From: Callorhinchus milii
Lineage: Eukaryota
Direction of reading: 5' to 3'
NCBI RefSeq assembly: GCF_018977255.1
Contig: NW_024704742.1
Coordinates: 23,376,001-23,440,000, forward strand
DNA length: 64,000 bases
This document shows, piece after piece, positions 1 to 12,899 of the stretch. The notes below the pieces were generated by a model. The model did not search any database and had not been told where the DNA came from. It saw only the letters and a list, made by a program, of their open reading frames with translations. Made by a program: the position numbers and the translations under genes. How positions within the stretch are numbered: position 1 is the stretch's first letter; the number at the start of each line of letters is the position of its first letter.

Positions 1-234
1 ATATGACTAAGTGAGCAGAACTGTAGTCACACTCTGCTCAGTTCAGTTCACTTCAGAAGGGTCTTTGTTTTTAAACAAAGTCCCTTCAAAAGGATATGTG
101 TTTGGAAACGCTGACTTACTTTTTGTAGTATTTTAATGGGAGTATTCTCAGCAATACATTTGAGTTATTCTTTAATACACAGAATGCATTGGAAATGAAT
201 ACAAAACACTCTATATGCAAATTTCCCTTTGCCT

Positions 235-530
235 TTTTTATTTGTCTCCTCCTTGTCTGAAGATGCTAACTTACACTGGGGTATAGTTCCCTACTATTTT
301 ACTCAAGTGGCCATACTTCATCTTTGAGCCTTTTACAATAAGTATCAGAATGCTCTGACTGTGGAGAAGTATAACAAATGAGCCAGATCCTGCTCTCCCA
401 AATGTCTAGTTTTGCAACAGAGCTCACTGGACAGTGTAGGATCATTGGCTGATTTTTTGATTCCTTGTCCAGGGTCCACTAAGATCAACTGTAGCACTTT
501 TAGTGCTGACCTGGTTAAGATCAACAAGCT
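235..530 (-). mobile_element. Old degenerate SINE-like interspersed repeat, copy 1
   Basis: Shares ordered motifs with 1575-1855 and 19545-19812 (gagccagatcctgctctccc / aagtccgattttgccctcacc / aggcttgatcttgccctta, followed by ggctgattttt-like). Orientation inferred from the B-box-like end of copy 3. Confidence 0.5.
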
Positions 531-1164
531 CAGCACAGAAAAAGGCATTTACAAATCAATTTAATTTTCTATGCTAGGTACATTTTATTTTAATATAGCA
601 GTGGATAGTAGCCCTCGTGCGCTTCTACCAGAACTATTGTTCAGTATTAGATTGTTCAATCCTAATACTGCATATATTTCTCCTTTCCTCTGTGGCTAGC
701 TGTCAACTGGCAAGCTCATTTCCATCAAAGCCTTCATCTCTTTCTAGCCTGATTCCTCTCCTGTATCTATCTTTATTTTATTTTCTCCCCTGGCCTGCTC
801 CTTTCTTTATCTTTGCTGCCTATCCTCTTTCCACATTGCTTCTATTTCAGTTTGAATTTACGGACCGTGCAGAAGGGCCATGGATCACCTTAATCACAGG
901 CTAAGTTCCAATGACACTATCTCCAACAGACTGCATAACTAATGTTATTATAACTCAGCAACCAACCGTATGAAAAATTGAACACACAAAACCTTTAAAA
1001 ATTACAGTGCACAGCAGCCATTCTTTTTCAAACAAAGCCACCAGGGCCTGTGGTACAAACAATAGATCCGAATTGGCATTTTCGTGGCACTCATCAGTAC
1101 CATCAGTTGCACAGCCCTGTGCTACTTAGCTTATTTTACCAGTGTACTTTCTTATTTATCCTGT

Positions 1165-1265
1165 GCAGTGTTGTGGAAGTACTACGTTGACAGAGATGCC
1201 TTATTTCAGATTCAATGTTAAACCGAGGTCCCATCTGGCTGTTCACGTGGATGTTTAAGATTCCA
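1165..1265 (+). mobile_element. Deu-domain SINE fragment (SacSINE1/AmnSINE-like)
   Basis: atgttaaaccgaggtcccatctggctgttcacgtggatgtttaagattcca resembles the Deu-SINE core as I recall it (GTTAAACCGAGG-CCC-TCTG...GGTGGA-GTAAAAGATCCC). Confidence 0.65.
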
Positions 1266-1574
1266 ATTCTGAAAACGGGGTGCTCTAAATCAGATAACTC
1301 ACTTTTGACCAAGTTCTCTGCCTGGGATTTTCGAACAGCAGATTGTAATGAGGTTGTGCAGAATGTTTACAGATTCAGTGAATTGAATTTGATCATACAC
1401 TACCGGTATCCAAGTCATTCTCCTGAAAATGTCATGGCATACCATGAAGGTCAATAGAAATAGATTTATTTTTACAAAATAATATTACAGTGGCTTGATC
1501 TTTGTTCACTATAAAATTGTTTAAAAGGATTTTTTTTTACTCAGAATTGCTGTCTGCAATACAGATTTTACTCC

Positions 1575-1855
1575 TCTTCTTTGCTTCCTCTCCTAAAGGC
1601 TGAGAATCAACACCACAGGCACTGACTAATTGTGGTGCTCCGTCTAAGTTACTTTCATCAGGTATGAGACTAGATGGTGAGCGTCGGCAGGCTACATGAC
1701 TAAGGGATCATCACAGCTAAGTCCGATTTTGCCCTCACCAGCCATACAACCACATGCACGACTGTCAGAGGTCACTGCCTTTTGCTAGGAACAGGATTGC
1801 TAGCTATTTTTACTCCTCTCTAACCCAAGATGCGGGGCCAAATATAGCACCTACT
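1575..1855 (-). mobile_element. Old degenerate SINE-like interspersed repeat, copy 2
   Basis: Colinear similarity to 235-530 and 19545-19812. Confidence 0.5.
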
Positions 1856-4800
1856 ATAACACGTACTCTTGGTGTGACTGACATCAGTTATTTAGTGATG
1901 CGAGCAGGGAAGACTTTTGTCTTATGACAGTAGTTAATCTCCACTATGACACTGTGTTCGACACAATGCAAATTCTGCAGTAACATTAGTTAATGTCTAT
2001 ATGATATTTCCAAACAACAGTGGATTGCCTGCTTTTTGGTCAAATGAAGGTCGCCTTCAATAAGTAGTTATTGTTCTCTAGAAAACCTTTGGATATTACT
2101 AGGGATATTACTATTTCTTTTTGACGACCATCTTATTTGAGGGTTTATAATCAGACAACCAAAAACCTGGGAGGATGTCAGAAGCTCGGGAGAGAGGATT
2201 AAATGAAGGAATTTGCAAAGAATTTCAAATTCTCACTTTAAATTGGTTTCTATAAAAACAACAAAATGACGTCAACTGCCAATAATGCTTAAGAAATGGA
2301 AATGTATAAAGTCACCTAAAACCATCTAACACAAGGAGCAAAAAATGCTTTACAAACGTGGTAATGCTGTAGTTGGCTCACTGGGGCAGGAAAACAGCAA
2401 ATGCGTACTTCATTTTATACAGTTGTTCTCGAATACTTCAGCCAGGACGGCTGACCAGATCTGCAGGCCTGACCTTCATTTGTTCTCATGACAGTGCTTG
2501 TTGGAGGGTTAGTTGACAGGTGCTATCCAAATGCTTTTAAATATGTACTCATCAGGCAGACTCCTGTCAATCAATAAGTGCTAGAAATAGTAATTTTTTT
2601 AAGCTTGCAAAATGCATCTCAGGAGCCGCTACACTGCCTTCCTTCAATATAGCAGCACAACTGGCAGCGATGAAGTTATATCTTACTTACGGTGCCAAGA
2701 GGAAATATTTTCCTTGCTTTTTGGCAAAAAAAAGTATTTTTAAGTGACCAGGTAAAAAACTAACAATTACTCCACATACGTAAGAAATGCTAACTTTCAC
2801 CAGATGCAACTCCAGATATCTGAAGTATGTGTCCTGAAATAAAATCACAGGGGTTCTGATCACTTAATTCTTAAAATATTTTGAGTTTGTGTACAGATGT
2901 ATTCAGCACTGGATGCACTCGCTATTGAATGGAGGTTTTCAAGCATGTGCTATACTTGCAATCGCTTTGTTTATATACCACGCAATGTACACATTAATTC
3001 AATTGATTTGAAAAAATATACAAGTAAGCTTCAAATAGATCAATCTTAAATTGGTTTATTCCCTAGAAACATACAGCTAACCAAGTGATTTTAGTTTGTA
3101 TTTTAAAATACAAGCACACACACAGATCTATAGGGCCAACATACTATTTGGGAACTATAGAAACTATATATTTTTTGGCTACTACACGGGGAAAATGTAA
3201 TTTAAAAATTAAACATATGGTGCTGCATTCTCATTGTGTCTTAAAGTGCATTTATTTACAAGCAAATGAAAGAAACGTATTTAGATACCAAGTGAGAAAA
3301 TGGTCTGGAGAATTTTTTGAGCTCTAGGCTGACATTGATGCACTATCGGCTTATTCAGTGAAGTAACAGTGGGAATACACACATTGAATTATACATTACA
3401 AGTTTGCACTGATTTATTGCAGTAATAACATCCACCTCATTAAAAAATCCACTTTGCTGCAGTGAGCGCAATACATATTGTTTACTGCAATAAATTAATT
3501 GCAGTGCATGAAGAACCTTGTGGAAACCCTCTAACAATACATCTGTAATGACAGTCCTATACATCACAGCTTCCACAGCAGGTTTATGACAAATGAAGAC
3601 AGGGAACAGTATTCAGAGAACACATTTCTTAAAAATATGGCCATTATCTCCTGACTGCTGGTCAGACAGTGTCTTGGCTTCTATATAGGTTACAGCTCCA
3701 TGTCATAACTGCAGGATATATCTGCAGAAAACCCACACGCTATTTTCGAGGGTTTCCCCTCCTCCCTTCACATTTACACTTTTAAATAAATGTGGTTCTG
3801 ACAAGGTAAAGCTATTCCCACAAAGAACAGACATATGGTCTTCATGTCATATTTGTGGATGATGCAACTTAGTAGTGTATTAATAAGCAAGCTATTACAT
3901 GATAATTTTCAGATCCTAATTATTCTTGCAAGGTAATTTACCAGGCTTGCAAACATTATGTTACAAAATTTAAAAGCATTCAAGCACTTATTGCAAAAGA
4001 TCGCACTATAACAAATGTAGCATTTGCTGTAATGCACATGTTCTGGAGAATCCAGCATGACAACACAAGATTACAGCATATAGCAGCAACAAAACTGATA
4101 AAAAAAAGTGTTCAGTCATATGTGCATTTTTAAAATTTAAATTAAATGTTTTATTGTTTGAATTTAAGGAGAATTTCATATCTTTTCACACATAAATGCA
4201 CTTTCCACAGCCAATGCAAGCTAGTGACTTGGACAGGGAACACACCTAACAGGCTGGCAAACTGAGGGGGGGAAAAAAACTTTTCTGAAGAAACAGTGCA
4301 TGCTGATCGATGACTGTCAAACAGAGTGTGTTATGCCTTCAAATGTGTGTGGCTGTGAAAACAATCGAATGCAAACATCTAATTTCAACATTTCATTGCA
4401 ATTCAGAATGGGATGAGATACAGCTGCAAGCAAACAGACACTTTAAAAACCTGACCAATTAAGCAATTTATTTTTTAAAAATCCCCTTCCAATTTTCTTC
4501 TCTAATTTCCTGAAGGTGCAGACTGTTGCTGCAGCATGGTTCACACACATAGGTAGCCTTCAGTAATCTCACTGACCACAGATCAAACCTGAGAACATCC
4601 TGACTTTTATGATTCAATACAACAGGTGATGCATTTATCTGCTTGGAGGAGTGTCTGTTCCAATTAAGATGAGGAAAAAAATAGAAAATAGACAGAACTG
4701 ATACCTTTCTTCTTGATTTAGAAGTTGGACAATGTATTGCATAAGTGTTCGAAAGCAGCAACACATATTTAAAACAGCTAAAAGAGTTTTATTTCAGATA

Positions 4801-5344
4801 TATTAATTTCACAATGAATGTGGACCACTTGTGTAAGAACAAAACGGTGCTCCTGTACACTGCTCCAAATTGACCTTGTAGAGCGATTTGAACATCAGCA
4901 TTCATATAAGAGTAATAGACTGTCTGTCTGTGAATCAGGGTTTTTTTCTTTGCAGCAATCAGTAAAGTACCAACTAAATCTAATCGGCTGAGAATTACAA
5001 GTTCATTCCTGGAAGAACACAGCTAAAAAAAAATGTTTTAAAAAAAAATCAAACTACTTTAAGGCTCAATGGAGCACATTATTGATTTTTATTCTCATTC
5101 TTAGGAAGTTATATATTGAACACTACCAATCAATGCTGATCCAATTCTACAACTGCTTACAGAAGAAGAGAAACGCCTAGTAATTTCATTTACAATGCAG
5201 TTAAACAGCATATCTTGTGTCATTATGAAACAGGTTCTGGTTCACAGCAATGCAAGAATCACAATTAACTGCAGCCAAGCCAAGAAGAATTTGGCATTCT
5301 ATGCTTGGTGGGGACTTGAAGCTGACAGTCTGTCAGTAATATTT

Positions 5345-5601
5345 TGGTGCAGTAATGGGGAAATGCTGCATTAAGAGATGTCATCCGCCCGATAAAATGT
5401 TAAAACCGAGATCCCATGACACTACTGAAAAAGAGAATGTCTCTTGCTGAATCATTCAATTCATGGTTGTTTGTGGGACTTTGCTGTGCACAAAATGACT
5501 AAGAAAATTTGCTTGCAATAACAGTCACTTGACAATATTTACGTGTACTTTGAGACATTTCAGCATGATAAAGGTACTATAAAAATTAAAGTTCTTTCTT
5601 C
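5345..5601 (+). mobile_element. Degenerate Deu-domain SINE with L2-type tail
   Basis: aaaccgagatcccatgacact...gttgtttgtgggactttgctgtgcacaaaatg...tttgagacatt...aaaggtactataaaaa..gttctttctt. Confidence 0.7.
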
Positions 5602-5898
5602 TTTGTTACAAGATTCCTTTTGAGTTGTGTTCTTATTGTGCTTGAGATGTAACTGAAACTGGTGCAAAGCCAATTTCTTAAACCTTACAATTGAAGATTA
5701 AAAGAGTCCAGATATCTTGCTGATCCACTTTAATGTTTCTAATGTTAAAAGAGAGCAGAACAGAATATCCCTAGGAGTCTGCAGATCGAGAACTGAGCTC
5801 TTCACATATGTTTATGATGCATACACAAAGCTCTGCTATCGAACAACTAATGCAATTGGTACAATATGACTCGATGCATCCTGACTTCATCACTCCGA

Positions 5899-6010
5899 AA
5901 ATAATAATAATCCTTGCACTTGATATTATAGCATCTTATCACATCGCTTCAAGGTCTCAAAATGCTTCACAAAATATATTGTAAACTGGATTGACTGTGT
6001 ATTTTGTGGG
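5899..6010 (-). mobile_element. 3' tail fragment of the tRNA/Deu SINE family
   Basis: (aat)n-ccttgcacttgata...gcttcacaaaatatattgtaaa..ttgactgtgtattttgtggg matches the tail of the copy at 56038-56367. Confidence 0.75.
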
Positions 6011-6152
6011 AAAAACTAAATAGTATTTATAATCTAATAGAAGTAACGTAAAAAACTAGAAAGAAAGCATGATAAACATGAACAAATAACAACAACTACA
6101 AAAACTACACAATAATATTCTCACGTTTACTGTAGAAATATCAACCAATTTC

Positions 6153-6790
6153 AACAAGAACTTGCACTTATGTAACAACTTTCATATAGTGAGGAGGGGA
6201 ACGTCCATGGAGGCATTTGAAGTTAAGGATGAGAATCTGAAAGTCGATCAACTGGGAGATAAGGAGGCAGCTGTGCCAAGGGAGGGATGCACACGGAGAA
6301 CCTGGTGCAGGAGAGGATGCCGGCTGTGGAGTTTGGATAATCTGAATTTGTGGAGGGCAGAGTTAGGAAGGCTAGCGAGGTGCCTGGCTGAAAGCTTGAA
6401 GGAGAGATGGAGGTCAAACAAAACGCTGAGATTGTGTACTACCTAGTGAAGGCTGATTTACTCAGTGCCCGAGGTCAGGAGGTACTATTGGGAGTTGAGC
6501 AGAATAGCTTCAGTTTTGTCAGTTTTGAGTTAAGCATCAATGCAATCCAGGACTTGATGTATGTCACGCAGTCTGTCAGAAAAGCAGTGGTGTTGGGGTG
6601 GTGGGTTGAAGCAAACCGATAAGAATTGGGTGTCATCTGCGTACATGTGGAAATGGACCCTATGCTTGCGGATGACATCAGAAGGAGAAAGAATGTATAT
6701 GAGGAAAAGGGAGGTCTTAGGATGAGCTCTGGGGCACACTGCAAGTGACTGTTAAGGCAGATATTTGTGTAGATCACATCAGGCTGTGGT
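6153..6790 (-). mobile_element. L2 LINE relic (reverse transcriptase fragment plus 3' end, internally deleted)
   Basis: Minus ORF 6530-6739 contains LFLIY..DVIRKH.VHFHMYADDTQ (RT YADD motif). ORF 6475-6777 has IKSW...LMLNSKLTK, like the L2 LN..KT motif. An (aac)-type tail lies near 6153. Confidence 0.85.
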
Positions 6791-6797
6791 TAGGTGG

Positions 6798-6852
6798 ACC
6801 CACTTACTGACTACACTTTTTTTTACCCACTTACTGACTACACTTTTTTTTT
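6798..6852. repeat. Tandem duplication, 2 x 27 bp (acccacttactgactacac + T8/T9)
   Basis: Directly visible; the copies differ only in T-run length. Confidence 0.95.
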
Positions 6853-8728
6853 AAATTGGATCGGCAAAATGCGACAGGCAAAATAGGTTGATGGACCTAT
6901 CATTTACAGAAGTTTTCCTTTCAAAACGTCACTTTACATTACCCTGAGTTTGATGCAGTGCAAACCAAAGCTGTCCTGAAGATCCTTATACTTGTATTCC
7001 AACATCCTGCTGGACACTAATATTCTAATCTGTGTAACACACAAGATTCAGCTGACAGCATGGGTGGTTTGGGTGATCTGCAGTCAGTTATTACTGTGAA
7101 CCAAGCAGCTCATTCAAATACTGCACAGCAGAAACTCACTGTCTGCATTACGAATGTCTGAATTTTGCTGTATCGAATGTATGAAATATTAGCAGCAGCT
7201 TCTAAACAAAGCCCATAGCAGGTCTTCAGATTTAAAATATCCTGCTCTTGAAAAGAATTTATGTAAAGATTCTAATAAATTAAAATATAGCGAAGTGTAA
7301 ATTATACTACCTGGATCCTGAATGTAAACATTCACGTTTGTATTTTATTCTAATCAGTTACCCGGTATGGTGGTCTCCACTGCTCTCTAATCAAATAACA
7401 GGCTACTCAAAAAGTAGCATAAGACCGTACAGCACAAGCTTACTGTAATCTCAAACCAAAGCTTCTCAATTAGGTGGGTGGCATTTTACTTTACTTTATT
7501 CAAAATCAGCATTGTTCATAGGCAACAGTCAGTGTAAGTGCATTTGTAACCTATATGTATGCACGACCCACCAACACTATGTTTGTTTTATAAAACTAAT
7601 ATCAAGTTATATAAAGATAAATTTATTGTGATGAAAACAAAAAAGGCTCATCAAAAAAAGCCACAATGTTATTAAATAGATCACTGTCATTGTAAACAAA
7701 CTAAGAAAGTACAGCAATTTTCCTGTTTTTCCTCCAACAGAAAGCAGACAGCAGATTCCACTCTCCTCCCACCCCCACCCCCAACTCTCCCAAATTATAT
7801 TCATGTGTTCTGATAAGATGCCCTTCAGAGTCAAACATGAACTGCTGGTCATGCTTCACTGATCAAACTCAGATAATATTAGTGGCAGCAATCTGAATAT
7901 TACAGCTCTTTGTACTGATAAATCCAATCAAGCTCCTGGTAATTTCACTAACGCTGAACAAGATAGTGAGCCATCACCAGTGCTGCGCGCTTCCGTAACT
8001 CTCTTGGGCATGAAAGCTTGACTGCACACAGAGCCGGGACTGTCAGAGCGGAGAAAGGGAAAGCAGCTATTCGTGTCATGTTTGACGCAGGGCAATGTAA
8101 ACTGATACATGAAAGCTAAAAGAAAGCACAATGCATAGCAGGCTGGGAATAAGATGCAGAAAGCACTCATGCTCCCTTAGACCACGAGCAATCCTTGGAG
8201 AACAAGAAAGAGGTGGAACAACAACATCAGATGACGGGAATGGTTTCCTAAATTTGTTGTCCATCTTCCTTGAAGGCAAACGGTATCATCTCCTGCTGTA
8301 GTTTAAAAGAAGCTGTGATGCAGCAAAGTGTTCAAATAGGTATCAAATGTGACTTGATTTGTAAACAGAAATGTTTCTCGAGTGTTTCTAATGGGAAATA
8401 ATACATCTACACTTGCTTATCTTCAAGTATGTTGAAAAACCATACGATGACCACATCAAAGAAACAATAAGCATTCAATCCAGGGAAATGCAAACAGGAT
8501 AATCAGAGAATATTATTTCTACCTCCCCAAAACCATTTTCAAAAGCATTTTTTTAAAAAAGATGAAGGATCAAAAAAATTCACAATTCAAAAATGAGGAG
8601 CTAGAATCCCAATAAACTTCCAGATTACAGATTTTTTTCTATTTCATAGAATTTGTCTACTGGTTAAAATGGTAATTTTATACATCCAGAGAAAGCGATT
8701 CACCTCAGAGCCCCATATAATAACCCTC

Positions 8729-8830
8729 AATAATCCATGCATTTGATATTGCGTCTTTCACAATGGGAAGTAGTCTCAAATCGCTTCACGGGATTTACTG
8801 CAATTACTGTATATTTTGTAGGTGAACGCA
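8729..8830 (-). mobile_element. Degenerate SINE 3' tail fragment
   Basis: aataatccatgcatttgatattgcgtctttcac...gtctcaaatcgcttcac...actgtatattttgtaggtgaacgc. Confidence 0.7.
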
Positions 8831-9837
8831 AACTATGTTATTACTGTGTTATTTGGTGAAAATTCATCTCATTAGTAAAGCATGCTGCTTATCTACCTTA
8901 CCCTATTTGGCAAAATGGCTTATTATACACCTTTTCAGAATGTGTTGCTGTACACATTCACCTTGTTGATGGAATAGTGTTATCCCAAATACCTATGAAC
9001 AAGGAGGTGGATGTTTACACGATTGTGTAATTCGCTAAATTCACACAACATAACAGTTTTGTAAGCAGACTGCAATATCCTGCACATCCTGTCATTGAGC
9101 TGTGAACTGTGTGAAGAATTTTATCTAGGCAAAGTGAAGGAAGCAAAGGTCTGGGCATAGGTGGAATAAAGTACAAGTTCAAAGTGCTCCTTTACCCACC
9201 TCATCATCCACGGAACGATGACAAACTGATGCCACTGTTTCAGTCAATACAAATTCCAAACAAACTAAACTGGATGTAGTTTAATTCATCTTGAATTCAC
9301 CTTCTGAATTCAAAGATGAACTACACCATTGACATAAAGTGCTCCATCTAACTGACTGGCCGAGACAAGAGCGAGTTTTCCCAATGAGGGGGTCTGAAGA
9401 TCAGTACCAGCGAGATTAGAATTTAAAACAGCCGTTAAATTCTGACCAGAGGGGGAAATAAACAATAGTTTTTATCTGCTGTCATAAGTTGAGAAATGAG
9501 CTCTTTAGAAAACAAATGTTCCTTGCATCTTTTAGACATGTTCATGGTTTTGATCATTCTATATTTGGCAAATATTGTGCAAATTTCCAAATGCTCTTAT
9601 AAAAGGAATTACAAAAATGCTGAACCAGATAACAGTTTTTTATTTGCAGCTTTGTGAAAGAATTATAATCTTGTAATAATATTTAAAATTCATTCCATCT
9701 CCTGCAACATATTAAAAAATAATAATCTTTATCTTGGCCCTCTTGCGTCACCTTGAATTTTCGCTTATTGCTCATAAGGCTCATATACAGTAAAATATAC
9801 AGTAATTGCAGTAAATTCTGAACAGTAGGGAGAATGT

Positions 9838-10256
9838 TCAGTGCACGATCACAGGGCGGGGGGGGAAGTAGGGAGATCAAAAGCACGATAGAAGAGGAGG
9901 GTCTTGAGGTGGGTCTTGAAGGTGGCGAGGGAGGGGGCGAGACAGCGGGACGGAGTTTCAGAGGGTGAGGGCAGAGTGGCAGAAGGCCCACCCGTCAATA
10001 GTGGGGCAAGCAAGGCAGAGGACGTGAAGCAGGCCAGAGCCCGCTGAGCACAGGGAGCAAACAGGATGGTAGGGGGCTAGGAGGACACAGAGGTAGGGGG
10101 GAGCAAGACCATGGAGAGCTTTGAAGGTGAGGACCAGGATCTTAAACTGTATCCTCTGTTTGATTGGAAGCCAGTGGAGTTGGGTAAGGATGGGGGTGAT
10201 AGGGTCACGGAGCCTAGTGCGGGAGAGGACACGGGCTGCACAGTTCTGGATGATCT
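9838..10256 (-). mobile_element. L2 LINE 3' fragment
   Basis: G-rich block. Its reverse complement encodes IIQNCAARVLSRTRLRDPITPILTQLHWLPIKQRIQFKILVLTFKALHGLAPPYL, a typical L2 ORF2 C-terminus homologous to 13921-14563. Confidence 0.85.
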
Positions 10257-10354
10257 AATTTGTAGAGAAAAGGTAGGGAAATGAGATTAGAATATCTTCT
10301 TTTTATCCAGTGAAATTGTAGAACACTCTCAAAGGACTGAATACTTATGTCTGT

Positions 10355-10705
10355 TACACAATGTTAGGGGGATAGACTATGAGCAAGGATTGGATGAACT
10401 AAAGCCCCTAAACCTTGAAAGAGAGACATCTGAGAAGGGAATTTATAGAGCTATATAAGATACTAAAAGGATAGAGAAAATAAAATGAAAATGGTACTTT
10501 GAGATATACAAAGGCAGTAAGATAAGAGGGCATAAGACCAGGATTATGAAGGGAAATTTTAAGGTAAACATCAAGAAGTATTGCTTATAAAGATGGTAAT
10601 AATCATCCGAAATAGTTTGATTCTTTTATGGGGAGACAGTGGGGTTGGTATTCTGGAAAGATGTAATTATATGGGCCAAACAACCTTCTCTTGTGATCTT
10701 CTAAC
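10355..10705 (+). mobile_element. Degenerate CR1 LINE 3' fragment
   Basis: Encodes relics of YEQGLDELKPLNLE.R.LRR/G.IELYKILKGIEK and RGHK, then the 3' UTR motif atgggccaaacaaccttctcttgtg. Confidence 0.7.
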
Positions 10706-10940
10706 GTCATCGCAGCTGATGGTTGTTATTAGATATATAAATCCAAATCACAAAACCACAGAAGACTCAATATGTTTTAAATCATAAAGGTGACTCAGAT
10801 CACATGTTAAGAGATCACATGTTGTGACATATCCCTAGAGCTATAGTGACTTTACAAATCTCCTCAACTGATTAGCTCCAAGTTAACATCTACCATCATA
10901 GTCTTTCAATGCTCTCCAAAGTCAACTATTAAAACTATTA

Positions 10941-11238
10941 AAAGCGAGAGACCTGAGTTCAATCCCAGGCAGGTCAGGGCGAAACCTTTGGCAAGTTTCC
11001 TTACTCCACACAGAGCCTAATAATAATCCCTCCAAAAACCAACAACAATAATAAATTGGTCATTTTCAATCTACGACTGTTTGTGGGACATTGCTGTGCG
11101 CAATTGGCTGCCGCGTTCGCCCACAAATATACAGTCAATTCACTTTACAGTGTGTTCTGTGAAGCGCTTTGGGACGTCCTCCCGACGTGAAAAGCGCTAT
11201 ATCAAATGCAAAGATTATTATTATTATTATTATTATTA
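10941..11238 (+). mobile_element. Young tRNA-derived Deu-domain SINE, 5'-truncated, (tta)n tail
   Basis: Near-identical to the reverse complement of 56038-56335: B-box gagttcaatcc, Deu segment gtttgtgggacattgctgtgcgcaattggctgccgcg, L2-type tail, (att)n. Confidence 0.92.
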
Positions 11239-11347
11239 GCTGACATTTATGCCATCATAACTGTTGTCGAGAGTAACGTGGAGGGATACTTTCTGGAATC
11301 CTGCAACTTGCTGTAACACAGTGACTGGATACAGGGCTGCACCTTCG

Positions 11348-11550
11348 ACTCCTCACAATGAGCTCCTGACTTCAATCACGCCAATGTGGACAGTTGCCAA
11401 ATGAAGGGCCAGCACTGACCCACAACAAGAGGGCAATAAGAGCTATAGCACTGTCAGTTCTATTTTACAACGGATCTTTAATTTGTTTTATGTAATTGGA
11501 GATAACCCTGACTCTTAGTAGTGTTTGCTTGTTTTCTAAAAAGCAAGAAA
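11348..11550. repeat. Unclassified interspersed repeat, copy A
   Basis: Direct similarity to 43519-43720 (atgagctc-tgacttcaat-a-gccaa-tgg-cagttgccaaatgaaggg...ttctattttacaa). Confidence 0.75.
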
Positions 11551-12823
11551 ACCTCAACTCAGTCCACATTCTGTAGCTCAGCAGGCTACGAATGGAAGCT
11601 CAGCTGTACGTGAAGAAACAAGTCTGTCAGGTATCAAAAGTAAAGGGGAGGATCACAATGGAATCCAGCGAGTATAACATCATCTCACTGCATACATTTG
11701 TGCTACGACAATTCTCCAAAGACCAGATTTGTCATGAACACAGAAGGAATATTAACAGGGATGCTGTATAGAGGACAATGCACATCTAATAAAAGGGAAA
11801 CACTAATGTAGCCTTTCTACAACTCAATCAAGTCCTAAGAGTGCCTCAGTCCCTGTAGTGGTTTCCAGTCAGGGAAATAATGAAGCTTAGATGACAGACA
11901 TCAACAACAGAAACTAGTTATTGACTCAGAATACCTACAACATATTTTTCTGAGCAACCATCAACATGAGTTACGTTATTGCACTTATGACTCCATTACC
12001 CAAGTATCACGTAACGTTATACCACAATACTAGATTTATTTTGTAGCTTGTAGGAAGCATGGCTTCCAAATCCCTTTTTTCAGAATGTATTACACAATAT
12101 GATTATCTGCTACAGATTATTTTGAAATAAAATCAATTATGGAAAAAACATCCAGAAATAAACACTGCGATCGCTACATTGGAAAAATGTAATTAAGAAA
12201 CATTTTGGTGCAATAAAAAAACTGAAAAAACAGTTAAATAGGTCTTCATGTACTGCTATGATGTTCTTCCTGAACTAACAATGAAATCAAATTGTGGACA
12301 CGATTTCTTTCAAAGTTTCATGCTCTTACTTTAGTCAACAGCCAGGATAACTGATTATATTTTGTATTTACAACAATAAAGAAATCATAGATGTACCACT
12401 TCCTGAACTTTGCAACAATGTAAAAATATTTTTAATATAATGTTCTGCAAGAATGTTTTCATATCCAATCAAGAGGATTGTGAGCTGAGCACTAATGTCA
12501 GAACTACATGGTGGCAAGTTTAAGATGCAGAGTAGTTCACTCAAACTGCCTTGCCTCAGTTGGATGATTTTGAGCAGTTTTTAACTGGGCTGAACCATAG
12601 GGCAAAAGTTTTGTTAAGGCAGAAGCTATGTTACAAACAATATAGATTGCACAATCTGTAAACTTTCTCTATTGGCAAAGGATTAATAAATGTTGACTTT
12701 ATTCGGATTTTGATCTTAGTATCTAAGTAGTTACAGTACGTTTTATGTGCTACAAAGGAAGGGTTCAAGGATATTACGCTTCAAACGTAAGGGCAACAAT
12801 AAACCTGGTTTGTATCATTATAG

Positions 12824-12899
12824 ATATCACTGACCTTACCTTACTCAATATTGCTAGGCTTACCTTACTCAATATCGCAGGGCTTACCTTACTCAATAT
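12824..12899. repeat. Minisatellite, 3 x 24 bp (atat-n7-cttaccttactca)
   Basis: Units atatcactgaccttaccttactca / atattgctaggcttaccttactca / atatcgcagggcttaccttactca. Confidence 0.9.

Noticed and set aside
12824..12899. CRISPR-like repeat-spacer pattern
   Set aside because: The variable part is only ~7 nt and related between units, the context is eukaryotic, and there are no cas genes. It is a minisatellite.
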